A stretch of 9,833 nucleotides of DNA from the IMG/VR virus record IMGVR_UViG_2711768018_000004, one strand, 5' to 3'. The stretch is from a virus (Duplodnaviria; Heunggongvirae; Uroviricota; Caudoviricetes). This document shows, in pieces, positions 1-6,669 of this stretch; the first letter of the stretch is position 1; the number at the start of each line of letters is the position of its first letter. Both the position numbers and the translations under genes were made by a program. The notes under the pieces were generated by a model. That model saw only the letters and a list, made by a program, of their open reading frames with translations. It ran no database searches and had not been told where the DNA came from.

Positions 1-173
1 ATATCTACGGCAGCAAGCCAGTAATGGGTTAAGTGATAACAGGTGTCTGGAAATATAGGGGCAAATCCAGCGTTCATCAGCCCCCGCATTGCCGACAGGA
101 TCACAGACGGGGGGCGCAACTGGTTGTCGTTCAACTGGCCCAGCTACCGTTCTTGTATCAGAGGTGTGGCTGC

Positions 174-1565
174 ATGACAACACCAGTCTGGCGTAATGAT
201 GACCTGGAAGGCGCTGTCATTGGCGCATTCTTTCTGCGTGGGGCAGATCATGAAGTGATGGATATTCTGATCACACTACCGGCGGACATTTTTTCTGTAC
301 GAGCGTATCGGGATATCTACACAGGCATCTGCAGACAGGCCCGTGTTTCAGGAGTGATTGACCCCGTGCTGTTGTGTAATGAGATGCCGGAACTTGCCCC
401 GGTGATTACTGATACCGGGCGTAAAACCTGGGTGAAGTCTTCACTGGAGCACTATGTTGCAGCGTTGCGGCGCAATGCCGCACTGCGCGATGCAGAAAAA
501 ACACTGAATGAGGCGCTGCAGAAATTACGTGATGCGCATACCTGTGAAGCAGCTGAAGATGCCCTGAAGGATGCGCAGAACATGATGGTCACACTGTCGA
601 CAGGAAAGGGCGTCATTCAGCCGGTACATATTGATGATGTGCTTCCGGAAGTGGTTGAGCGTGTTGAATGCCGGAATCAGGGGCTGGAGAAATCCAGGAC
701 GTTGATGACCGGTATTGATGAACTGGACGCAAAAACAGGCGGTATGGAGCCCGGAGACCTGGTATTCATTGCCGCCCGTCCTTCGATGGGGAAAACCGAA
801 CTTGCGCTGGACATCATCGACAAGGTGACTGAGCAGGGGCATGGTGTGCTTCTGTTCACCATGGAGATGGCGAACATCCAGATTGGTGAACGTATGGTGT
901 CTGCGGCTGGAGGGATGCCAGTATCACGCCTGAAATCTGTGGCTCACTTTGAAGATGAAGACTGGGCGCGTTTCTCACAAGGGGTGGGGCGGATGACCGG
1001 GCGCAATATCTGGATGGTGGACCAGGCGAACCTGACCATTGATGAGATATGCGCAACAACGAAACACCATCTGATTAAACATCCGGAAACGGCGCTGGTG
1101 GTGGTTGATTATCTCGGGCTGATAAAAACCCGAACCACGGGGCGTCATGACCTTGCCGTGGGTGAAATCTCAAAGGGGCTTAAAGGCCTGGCAAAATCCG
1201 GTGGTTTTCCGTTGATTGCGCTGAGCCAGCTCTCCCGCGGTGTGGAGTCCAGACCCAATAAACGTCCCATGAACTCAGACCTGAAAAATTCCGGAGAAAT
1301 AGAGGCGGATGCAGACATCATTCTGATGCTTTACAGGGATGAAGTGTACAACCCGGATACACAGGCTACAGGCATAGCAGAAATTAATATCACGAAACAA
1401 CGTAACGGTTCTCTGGGGACGATTTACCGGCGTTTTTATAACGGACATTTTCTGCCTGTGGACCAGGAAAGCGCACAGGTTCTTTCCACCCCAATGCGGC
1501 AGCCCCAGCCGCGCAGATACAGCAATACACGTACCGACAGCAGTAAGATGGAGCGTTTCTTTTGA
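174..1565 (+). CDS. Replicative DNA helicase, DnaB family (phage replication helicase, P22 gene 12-like)
   Basis: Same frame as track ORF 33..1565. Walker A motif ARPSMGKT, C-terminal DnaB motifs (ALSQLSRGVESRPNKRPMNSDLKNSGEIEADADI, ITKQRNG) and an N-terminal LEGAVIGAFFL segment resembling the DnaB N-domain. ATG at 174 is preceded by GAGGTG with a 7-nt spacer and gives 463 aa. The track start at 33 is a GTG placed immediately after an in-frame stop, and the 47 aa it would add are Cys/His/Trp-rich and not protein-like. Confidence 0.85.
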   Translation: MTTPVWRNDDLEGAVIGAFFLRGADHEVMDILITLPADIFSVRAYRDIYTGICRQARVSGVIDPVLLCNEMPELAPVITDTGRKTWVKSSLEHYVAALRRNAALRDAEKTLNEALQKLRDAHTCEAAEDALKDAQNMMVTLSTGKGVIQPVHIDDVLPEVVERVECRNQGLEKSRTLMTGIDELDAKTGGMEPGDLVFIAARPSMGKTELALDIIDKVTEQGHGVLLFTMEMANIQIGERMVSAAGGMPVSRLKSVAHFEDEDWARFSQGVGRMTGRNIWMVDQANLTIDEICATTKHHLIKHPETALVVVDYLGLIKTRTTGRHDLAVGEISKGLKGLAKSGGFPLIALSQLSRGVESRPNKRPMNSDLKNSGEIEADADIILMLYRDEVYNPDTQATGIAEINITKQRNGSLGTIYRRFYNGHFLPVDQESAQVLSTPMRQPQPRRYSNTRTDSSKMERFF

Positions 1566-1576
1566 ACAACCAGACA

Positions 1577-1819
1577 ATGACTTTTACCTCTGAACAATTG
1601 CGTAAACACGCGCAGGAAATGTTGCGACAGGCGGAACAACTGGAAAAAACAGGTGTAACAAAAGATGCCATTCGTCGGGATATGGTGCCAGCGCTCAGGG
1701 AACTGATGCAGGCGAAACATCGCGCACAAAAAGCGGTGGATGAGCTCGTTGATTGTGTGGCAGAGCTGGAAACCAAAGTTGGAAAGTTTGAAAAAATGGT
1801 GCAGGAGGTGCTGCGCTGA
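1577..1819 (+). CDS. Hypothetical small protein (80 aa, charged, predicted helical)
   Basis: Open frame between the helicase and rusA. Its stop TGA (1817-1819) overlaps the rusA ATG (1819-1821) as TGATG, suggesting translational coupling. No recognised motif. First ATG is at 1577; an alternative TTG start at 1562 has GGAG 8 nt upstream and overlaps the helicase stop. Confidence 0.5.
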   Translation: MTFTSEQLRKHAQEMLRQAEQLEKTGVTKDAIRRDMVPALRELMQAKHRAQKAVDELVDCVAELETKVGKFEKMVQEVLR

Positions 1820-2190
1820 TGCGCCATGAGTTTATTTTACCTTATCCGCCGACGGTGAATACTTACTGGCGACGTCGTGGCAGCACATATTTTGTATCAA
1901 AAGTTGGTGAGCGTTATCGCCGTGATGTGACGCTAATTGTTCGCCAGCAGCGGCTGAAATTAAACCTGTCCGGAAGGCTGGCGATAAAGATTATTGCAGA
2001 GCCACCGGATAAGCGCCGTCGTGACCTGGACAATATCCTGAAAGCACCACTGGATGCGCTGACGCATGCCGGACTACTCATAGACGACGAGCAGTTTGAT
2101 GAAATCAATATTGTGCGCGGTCAGCTCGTTCCTGGTGGGCGACTGGGCGTGAAGATTTATGAAATCACAGGTGATAACGATGGCGCGTGA
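1819..2190 (+). CDS. rusA: Holliday junction resolvase RusA
   Basis: 123 aa. Colinear with E. coli RusA as recalled, including the hallmark [22 protein letters not shown] segment (RusA: [22 protein letters not shown]) and the C-terminal GGRL motif. ATG at 1819. Confidence 0.9.
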   Translation: MRHEFILPYPPTVNTYWRRRGSTYFVSKVGERYRRDVTLIVRQQRLKLNLSGRLAIKIIAEPPDKRRRDLDNILKAPLDALTHAGLLIDDEQFDEINIVRGQLVPGGRLGVKIYEITGDNDGA

Positions 2191-2566
2191 TATTCAGCAG
2201 GTTATGGAACGGTGGGGGGCTTGGGCTGCAAACACTCATGAAGATGTATCCTGGGCGTCGATCGCTGCTGGTTTTAAAGGGTTAATTCCGTCGAAAGTGA
2301 AATCACGCCCTCAGTGTTCTGATGATGATGCAATGATAATTTGTGGCTGTATGGCCCGGTTGAACAAGAAAAATCAGGATTTGCACGATTTGCTGGTGGA
2401 TTATTACGTAGGTGGAATGACTTTTATGAGTCTGGCACGGAAACATGGGTGTTCGGATACCTGTATTGGCAAGCGCCTGCAGAAAGCGGAAGGGGTTATT
2501 GATGGCATGTTGATGATGCTTGATATCCGGCTGGAGATGGACAGATACGTAGAACGAATTATGTAG
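2180..2566 (+). CDS. Q: Late-gene antitermination protein Q (QuuD / phage 82-type Q family)
   Basis: [18 protein letters not shown]...[16 protein letters not shown]...[27 protein letters not shown]...DIRLEM closely matches the recalled DLP12 QuuD-type Q protein. ATG at 2180 is preceded by AGGTGA with a 5-nt spacer. It overlaps the rusA 3' end by 11 nt. The track start at 2159 would add 7 aa without a good RBS. Confidence 0.85.
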   Translation: MARDIQQVMERWGAWAANTHEDVSWASIAAGFKGLIPSKVKSRPQCSDDDAMIICGCMARLNKKNQDLHDLLVDYYVGGMTFMSLARKHGCSDTCIGKRLQKAEGVIDGMLMMLDIRLEMDRYVERIM

Positions 2567-2570
2567 GTGC

Positions 2571-2600
2571 TTGACCAGACACATTGTCCGGGGCTATATT
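2571..2600 (+). promoter_or_regulatory. Candidate late promoter pR' (sigma70-like TTGACC - 18 nt - TATATT)
   Basis: The -35 TTGACC (2571-2576) and -10 TATATT (2595-2600) begin 5 nt after the Q stop codon. Position immediately downstream of Q matches the conserved lambdoid arrangement of pR' and the Q utilisation site. Confidence 0.45.
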
Positions 2601-2661
2601 CCTCACGCGCCAGCAAAATCTGGCGTCGGGATTGGAACCCCGGATAGAGACCGCGACAGAC

Positions 2662-2686
2662 ACACGCCGCGAGCGTGTTTTTTATT
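2662..2686 (+). terminator. Intrinsic terminator candidate (possible tR' ending a short 6S-like leader RNA)
   Basis: Stem ACACGC (2662-2667) / GCGTGT (2673-2678) with loop CGCGA, followed by a T-run (TTTTTTATT). Lies about 60-80 nt downstream of the predicted start of the promoter at 2571-2600. Confidence 0.5.
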
Positions 2687-2811
2687 GTCGTATGCACGCG
2701 CACATCTGAATTATGGTGGGGCGCATGGGGGAGCTGAAAAGCTCGCCGGTCGGTTTCCCGGTAGTTCCAACCCTGTGCGTCTCACCACCCGATGATTGGA
2801 ACCTGACGGTG

Positions 2812-2840
2812 TTGACAGTTTCAGGTTTGCAGTTTACATT
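2812..2840 (+). promoter_or_regulatory. Second sigma70-like promoter candidate (TTGACA - 17 nt - TACATT)
   Basis: Consensus -35 TTGACA at 2812-2817, 17-nt spacer, -10 TACATT at 2835-2840. Lies about 200 nt upstream of the ORF6N-domain gene start. Could be its own promoter or the true pR'. Confidence 0.35.
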
Positions 2841-2873
2841 TCCCCGCGGTGCTCAAAACACCTCGAAAGCGGT

Positions 2874-2901
2874 ATCCACACCCGATAGCCATGTGGTTTT
2901 T
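2874..2901 (+). terminator. Weak hairpin plus T7 run (attenuator/terminator-like)
   Basis: CCACA (2874-2878) pairs with TGTGG (2890-2894) across an 11-nt loop, followed by TTTTTTT (2895-2901). The stem is short, so this is tentative. Confidence 0.3.
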
Positions 2902-3046
2902 TTGTGTCCAGAATTCTTGGTTTATGACCGGGTGTGCGGCTAATACAATACCAGCAATGGAAATACGCCCGCCGACTTTCGACGGTTTTGAGCGCCCGGT
3001 CACCCTCTCAAAAGGGGTAAATCAAAATATTCGAAAGGACATGTCT

Positions 3047-3610
3047 ATGAATCGCACGTCTATTGAAAAACTCCCGTCACTTACGCATAACCATCTTCCT
3101 GTCATGACAACAGAGCTGCTGGCTGATTTGTACGGAACAGAGCGCCAGCGTTTGACAAACAATTTCAATCGAAACAAAGAACGGTTTATAGAAGGTAAAC
3201 ATTTTTTCCTGATAGAAGGTGATGCGTTACGAGAGTTGAAGAACGAAAACTCTTTAAGAGTTTCTGTGAAAATTGCCCGTAACGTTCGCTCCCTCATCCT
3301 CTGGACAGAACGTGGCGCAGCCCGTCACGCCAAAATGCTCGAAACCGATCAGGCGTGGGAAGTGTTCGAAAAACTGGAAGACTGTTATTTCAACCAGAAA
3401 CAGCCACCAGCGGCACAAAACACATCTATCGAAAATGATGGATGCGCATTACTGAGCCACTTCGATAAACACGGTCAGGTTGAGTTCACGGAAAAGGTAC
3501 CCGCCGATGCGATGGTATGTACTCTGGAACGGTTTAAATTTTATCTGGAGCAACACGGGTGGATCGTTGCCCGTAAAGAGCAACTGGTGGAGCGGTTGAT
3601 GCGGTTTTAA
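3047..3610 (+). CDS. ORF6N-domain protein (Ant/KilA-N-like DNA-binding fold), function unknown; late-region cargo gene
   Basis: 187 aa from ATG 3047, with AAAGGA 7 nt upstream. Residues ~15-110 (TTELLADLYGTERQRLTNNFNRNKERFIEGKHFFLIEGDALRELKN...ILWTERGAARHAKML) follow the ORF6N-domain consensus as recalled. The C-terminal ~75 aa have no motif I recognise. An in-frame ATG at 2957 lacks an RBS. Confidence 0.7.
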   Translation: MNRTSIEKLPSLTHNHLPVMTTELLADLYGTERQRLTNNFNRNKERFIEGKHFFLIEGDALRELKNENSLRVSVKIARNVRSLILWTERGAARHAKMLETDQAWEVFEKLEDCYFNQKQPPAAQNTSIENDGCALLSHFDKHGQVEFTEKVPADAMVCTLERFKFYLEQHGWIVARKEQLVERLMRF

Positions 3611-3687
3611 AAATTTTTTCCGAAAACTTTACGATCGTAAAAAGTTGAATATCCTGTTAAGAGTGGTTACTACGCCACACAGCTTAA

Positions 3688-3711
3688 ACCCGCCGATGAG
3701 CGGGTTTTTTT
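3688..3711 (+). terminator. Intrinsic terminator downstream of the ORF6N-domain gene
   Basis: Stem ACCCGC (3688-3693) / GCGGGT (3700-3705) with loop CGATGA, followed by a 7-T run to 3711. Upstream A-run makes it potentially bidirectional. Confidence 0.7.
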
Positions 3712-3761
3712 ATACCTGAAAAACGGCACAGGACGTTAAACGTGCTGGTGGTCAGATGAGT

Positions 3762-3790
3762 TTGCAGATGTGATGACATATGGTTATTAT
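3762..3790 (+). promoter_or_regulatory. Possible promoter for the tRNA cluster (TTGCAG - 17 nt - TATTAT)
   Basis: The -35-like TTGCAG (3762-3767) and -10-like TATTAT (3785-3790) would place the transcription start a few nt before the first tRNA at 3800. Weak call; the tRNAs may simply be transcribed by readthrough from pR'. Confidence 0.25.
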
Positions 3791-3799
3791 TCTGCCTCC

Positions 3800-3876
3800 G
3801 GCCCTTTAGCTCAGTTGGTCAGAGCGAGCGACTCATAATCGCCAGGTCGCTGGTTCAAGTCCAGCAAGGGCCACCA
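3800..3876 (+). tRNA. ileZ: tRNA with anticodon CAT, most likely tRNA-Ile2 (lysidine type, ileX/ileZ-like); tRNA-Met not excluded
   Basis: Cloverleaf: acceptor GGCCCTT/AAGGGCC, anticodon loop CTCATAA, T-arm GCTGG-TTCAAGT-CCAGC, encoded CCA. Very similar to E. coli ileX as recalled. Confidence 0.85.
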
Positions 3877-3877
3877 A

Positions 3878-3954
3878 CCACCACTAGCTCATCCGGATAG
3901 AGCATCAACCTTCTAAGTTGACGGTGCGAGGTTCGAGTCCTCGGTGGTGGGCCA
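3878..3954 (+). tRNA. argN: tRNA-Arg (anticodon TCT, reads AGA)
   Basis: Acceptor CCACCAC/GTGGTGG, anticodon stem TCAAC/GTTGA with loop CTTCTAA, T-arm CGAGG-TTCGAGT-CCTCG, encoded CCA. Starts 1 nt after the previous tRNA. Confidence 0.85.
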
Positions 3955-3956
3955 GC

Positions 3957-4032
<76 letters not shown>

Positions 4033-4035
4033 TAT

Positions 4036-4110
<75 letters not shown>

Positions 4111-4237
4111 GCGAGATTTGAGACGAAGGTTGTTATTTGCACTGACACAATATTGTGTGGGAATGTCTGACTCCTTACCATCTCCTGTTCTGTGATGTTG
4201 TTTTGTTGCAGTTCCAGTGCTCTTTTTTCAGCACCAG

Positions 4238-4600
4238 NNNNNNNNNNNNNNNNNNNNNNNNNNNNNNNNNNNNNNNNNNNNNNNNNNNNNNNNNNNNNNN
4301 NNNNNNNNNNNNNNNNNNNNNNNNNNNNNNNNNNNNNNNNNNNNNNNNNNNNNNNNNNNNNNNNNNNNNNNNNNNNNNNNNNNNNNNNNNNNNNNNNNNN
4401 NNNNNNNNNNNNNNNNNNNNNNNNNNNNNNNNNNNNNNNNNNNNNNNNNNNNNNNNNNNNNNNNNNNNNNNNNNNNNNNNNNNNNNNNNNNNNNNNNNNN
4501 NNNNNNNNNNNNNNNNNNNNNNNNNNNNNNNNNNNNNNNNNNNNNNNNNNNNNNNNNNNNNNNNNNNNNNNNNNNNNNNNNNNNNNNNNNNNNNNNNNNN
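4238..4600. other. Assembly gap (363 N); unresolved sequence
   Basis: Contiguous run of N. Every track ORF crossing it is an artefact of translating N as X. Confidence 0.99.
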
Positions 4601-4702
4601 ATTGGTGTGCTGGGAAGTCTGCTTCTGGGGCTTCTGACTTATCTGACAAATCTGTATTTCAAAATAAGAGAAGACAAGCGTAAGGCTGCGAGAGGTGAAT
4701 AA
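4601..4702 (+). CDS. S: Holin, phage 21 S21-type pinholin (3' fragment only; 5' part lost in the gap)
   Basis: The in-frame C-terminal 33 aa [33 protein letters not shown] match the TMD2 and C-terminus of the S21 pinholin as recalled. Stop TAA (4700-4702) overlaps the endolysin ATG (4702-4704). Confidence 0.7.
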   Translation: MGVLGSLLLGLLTYLTNLYFKIREDKRKAARGE

Positions 4703-5199
4703 TGTCGCCATCATTACGCAAGGCTGTTGCAGCTGCTATTGGTGGTGGGGCTGTTGCTATAGCATCTGTGTTAATCACTGGCCCAGGTGGTAACGATGGT
4801 CTGGAAGGTGTCAGCTACATACCATACAAAGATATCATTGGTGTATGGACTGTATGTCACGGACACACCGGAAAAGACATCATGCTCGGTAAAACGTATA
4901 CCGAAGCAGAATGCAAAGCCCTCCTGAATAAAGACCTTGCCACTGTCGCCAGACAAATTAACCCGTACATCAAAGTCGATATACCGGAAACAACGCGCGG
5001 CGCTCTTTACTCGTTCGTTTACAACGTGGGCGCTGGCAATTTCAGAACATCGACGCTTCTTCGCAAAATAAACCAGGGCGATATCAAAGGCGCATGTGAC
5101 CAGCTACGTCGCTGGACATATGCTGGCGGTAAGCAATGGAAAGGGCTGATGACCCGTCGTGAGATTGAGCGTGAAGTCTGTTTGTGGGGGCAGCAATGA
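4702..5199 (+). CDS. R: SAR endolysin (phage 21 R21-type lysozyme with N-terminal signal-anchor-release domain)
   Basis: 165 aa. Gly/Ala-rich weakly hydrophobic N-terminus [18 protein letters not shown] (SAR domain), then a lysozyme core with the E-D-T catalytic residues in [28 protein letters not shown] 4 nt upstream of the ATG. Confidence 0.9.
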   Translation: MSPSLRKAVAAAIGGGAVAIASVLITGPGGNDGLEGVSYIPYKDIIGVWTVCHGHTGKDIMLGKTYTEAECKALLNKDLATVARQINPYIKVDIPETTRGALYSFVYNVGAGNFRTSTLLRKINQGDIKGACDQLRRWTYAGGKQWKGLMTRREIEREVCLWGQQ

Positions 5200-5660
5200 G
5201 CAGAGTCACCGCGATTATCTCCGCTCTGGTTATCTGCATCATCGTCTGCCTGTCATGGGCTGTTAATCATTACCGTGATAACGCCATTACCTACAAAGAG
5301 CAGCGCGACAAAAACGCAAGAGAACTGAAGCTGGCGAACGCAACCATTACTGACATGCAGCAGAGACAGCGTGATGTTAATGCACTCGATGCTAAATACA
5401 CGAAGGAGTTAGCTGATGCGAAAGCTGAAAATGAAACTCTGCGCGCTGATGTTGCCGCTGGTCGTCGTCGGTTGCACATCAAAGCAGTCTGTCAGTCAGT
5501 GCGTGAAGCCACCACCGCCTCCGGCGTGGATAATGCAACCAGCCCCCGACTGGCAGACACCGCTGAACGGGATTATTTCACCCTCAGAGAGCGGCTGATG
5601 ACGATGCAGATGCAACTGGAAGGGGCACAGGAGTATATCCGCACTCAGTGCATTAAGTAG
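5196..5660 (+). CDS. Rz: Spanin inner-membrane subunit Rz (i-spanin)
   Basis: 154 aa, near-identical to lambda Rz as recalled ([34 protein letters not shown]...). N-terminal transmembrane segment and coiled-coil periplasmic domain. ATG 5196-5198 overlaps the endolysin stop TGA 5197-5199. Confidence 0.9.
   Translation: MSRVTAIISALVICIIVCLSWAVNHYRDNAITYKEQRDKNARELKLANATITDMQQRQRDVNALDAKYTKELADAKAENETLRADVAAGRRRLHIKAVCQSVREATTASGVDNATSPRLADTAERDYFTLRERLMTMQMQLEGAQEYIRTQCIK
5416..5598 (+). CDS. Rz1: Spanin outer-membrane lipoprotein subunit Rz1 (o-spanin), embedded in Rz in the +1 frame
   Basis: 60 aa [24 protein letters not shown]...PPPPP..., with a lipobox Cys and proline-rich region, matching lambda Rz1 as recalled. 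GGAG RBS 7 nt upstream of the ATG at 5416. Confidence 0.85.
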   Translation: MRKLKMKLCALMLPLVVVGCTSKQSVSQCVKPPPPPAWIMQPAPDWQTPLNGIISPSESG

Positions 5661-5702
5661 CCTTTTTATCGTGGTAAACATTTCGCAGGGTATGAGGTAT
5701 TT

Positions 5703-6053
5703 ATGCCATCACTAATCCCACGTGCCTGCCGTAAGCGTGGATGTGCAGGTACAACCACAGACAGTTCGGGTTACTGCGATAAACATCGCGGTGAAGGCTG
5801 GGTGCAGCACCAGCGCGGACTGAGCCGCCACCAGCGTGGCTATGGCTCAAAATGGACGGTGATTCGTGCCCGTATTCTGAAGCGCGATAAAGGTCTGTGT
5901 CAGTTGTGTCTGCGTGTCGGTGTGGTGAGCGAGGCGAAAACCGTCGACCACATCATCCCGAAAGCGCATGGCGGAACAGACGCAGACAGCAACCTGCAGA
6001 GTCTGTGCTGGCCCTGCCATAAAGCGAAAACAGCGCGCGAACGAATCCGGTGA
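5703..6053 (+). CDS. HNH endonuclease (terminase-associated, HK97 gp74-like)
   Basis: 116 aa with Cys-rich zinc-binding pairs (CRKRGC, CQLC, CWPCH) and the HNH core DHIIPKAHGG...N. Lies immediately upstream of the terminase genes, the characteristic position of the packaging HNH nuclease in cos phages. Confidence 0.8.
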   Translation: MPSLIPRACRKRGCAGTTTDSSGYCDKHRGEGWVQHQRGLSRHQRGYGSKWTVIRARILKRDKGLCQLCLRVGVVSEAKTVDHIIPKAHGGTDADSNLQSLCWPCHKAKTARERIR

Positions 6054-6074
6054 TAATTATTCTCACTTGTAGGG

Positions 6075-6134
6075 AGGGGCGGGGCAAATCCCTGTGACCT
6101 GACGTCTTCCGGACTGCCCGCCCCATCGTTTTTT
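6075..6134. other. GC-rich long hairpin followed by a T7 run; candidate cos (cohesive-end/packaging) region or terminator
   Basis: GGGGCGGG (6075-6082) pairs with CCCGCCCC (6116-6123) across a 33-nt loop containing the GACGTC palindrome, followed by ATCG and TTTTTTT (6128-6134). Sits between the HNH and terminase small subunit genes, where HK97-like phages carry cos. Confidence 0.35.
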
Positions 6135-6174
6135 TATACCCGCGAAAAATGAAATTTAACCAGGAGTGCCGCAT

Positions 6175-6669
6175 ATGGCTGGAACGGCGGGGCGTTCCGG
6201 GCGTCGCCCCAAGCCAACGGCGCGCAAGGCGCTGGCCGGAAACCCCGGCAAGCGAGCCCTGAACAAAGATGAACCTGTTTTTACGCCCATCAAAGGTGTT
6301 GAGCCACCAGAGTGGTTCGCTGAAGAAGATCTCCCTCTCGCCACGATCATGTGGCAACTGACAACCAAAGAACTCTGCGGTCAGGGCCTGCTGTGCGTGA
6401 CTGACCTGGCGGTACTTGAGCGGTGGTGCGTGGCCTATGAGTTCTGGCGACGTGCCGTGAAAAATATTGCCATACAGGGCAACACCATCACCGGTGCAAT
6501 GGGCGGCAGGGTCAAAAATCCGGAGCTGACCGCCAAAAAAGAACAGGAGTCCGAGATGAGCAGCACGGGGGCAATGCTCGGACTCGACCCCAGCAGCCGC
6601 CAGCGTCTGATTGGCCTGGCGGGGCAGAAGAAAGCCACTAACCCGTTTCTGAAAATTATCGAATCATGA
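6175..6669 (+). CDS. Terminase small subunit (P27 family)
   Basis: 164 aa starting [27 protein letters not shown], the typical P27-family TerS N-terminus. AGGAG RBS 8 nt upstream of ATG 6175. Stop overlaps the TerL start (ATGA). Confidence 0.85.
   Translation: MAGTAGRSGRRPKPTARKALAGNPGKRALNKDEPVFTPIKGVEPPEWFAEEDLPLATIMWQLTTKELCGQGLLCVTDLAVLERWCVAYEFWRRAVKNIAIQGNTITGAMGGRVKNPELTAKKEQESEMSSTGAMLGLDPSSRQRLIGLAGQKKATNPFLKIIES

Noticed and set aside
33-173. GTG start at 33 extending the helicase ORF by 47 aa
   Set aside because: The extension is Cys/His/Trp-rich and not protein-like, and the GTG lies directly after an in-frame stop with no RBS. ATG 174 has a GAGGTG RBS and gives a DnaB-like length.
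525-1827. Minus-strand ORFs (525..842, 677..877, 856..1059, 1275..1577, 1390..1827, 1436..1729) inside the helicase and small-protein genes
   Set aside because: They are antisense to a well-supported helicase gene, have low-complexity Ser/Cys-rich composition and no RBS. Typical shadow ORFs.
2571-2943. Plus-strand ORFs 2571..2795 and 2713..2943 in the Q-to-ORF6N intergenic region
   Set aside because: They span predicted promoter and terminator elements, have Pro/Arg/Gly-rich composition and no RBS. The region is better explained as regulatory leader.
2849-3046. Upstream extension of the ORF6N-domain gene (track start 2849, in-frame ATG 2957)
   Set aside because: No RBS at either site and the extension crosses the hairpin/T-run. 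ATG 3047 has a properly spaced AAAGGA and starts just before the ORF6N-domain homology.
4111-4237. Shiga-toxin-like genes after the tRNA array
   Set aside because: Gene order resembles Stx phages, but the resolved sequence has no A or B subunit ORF, and the space before the holin is too small unless the gap length is wrong.
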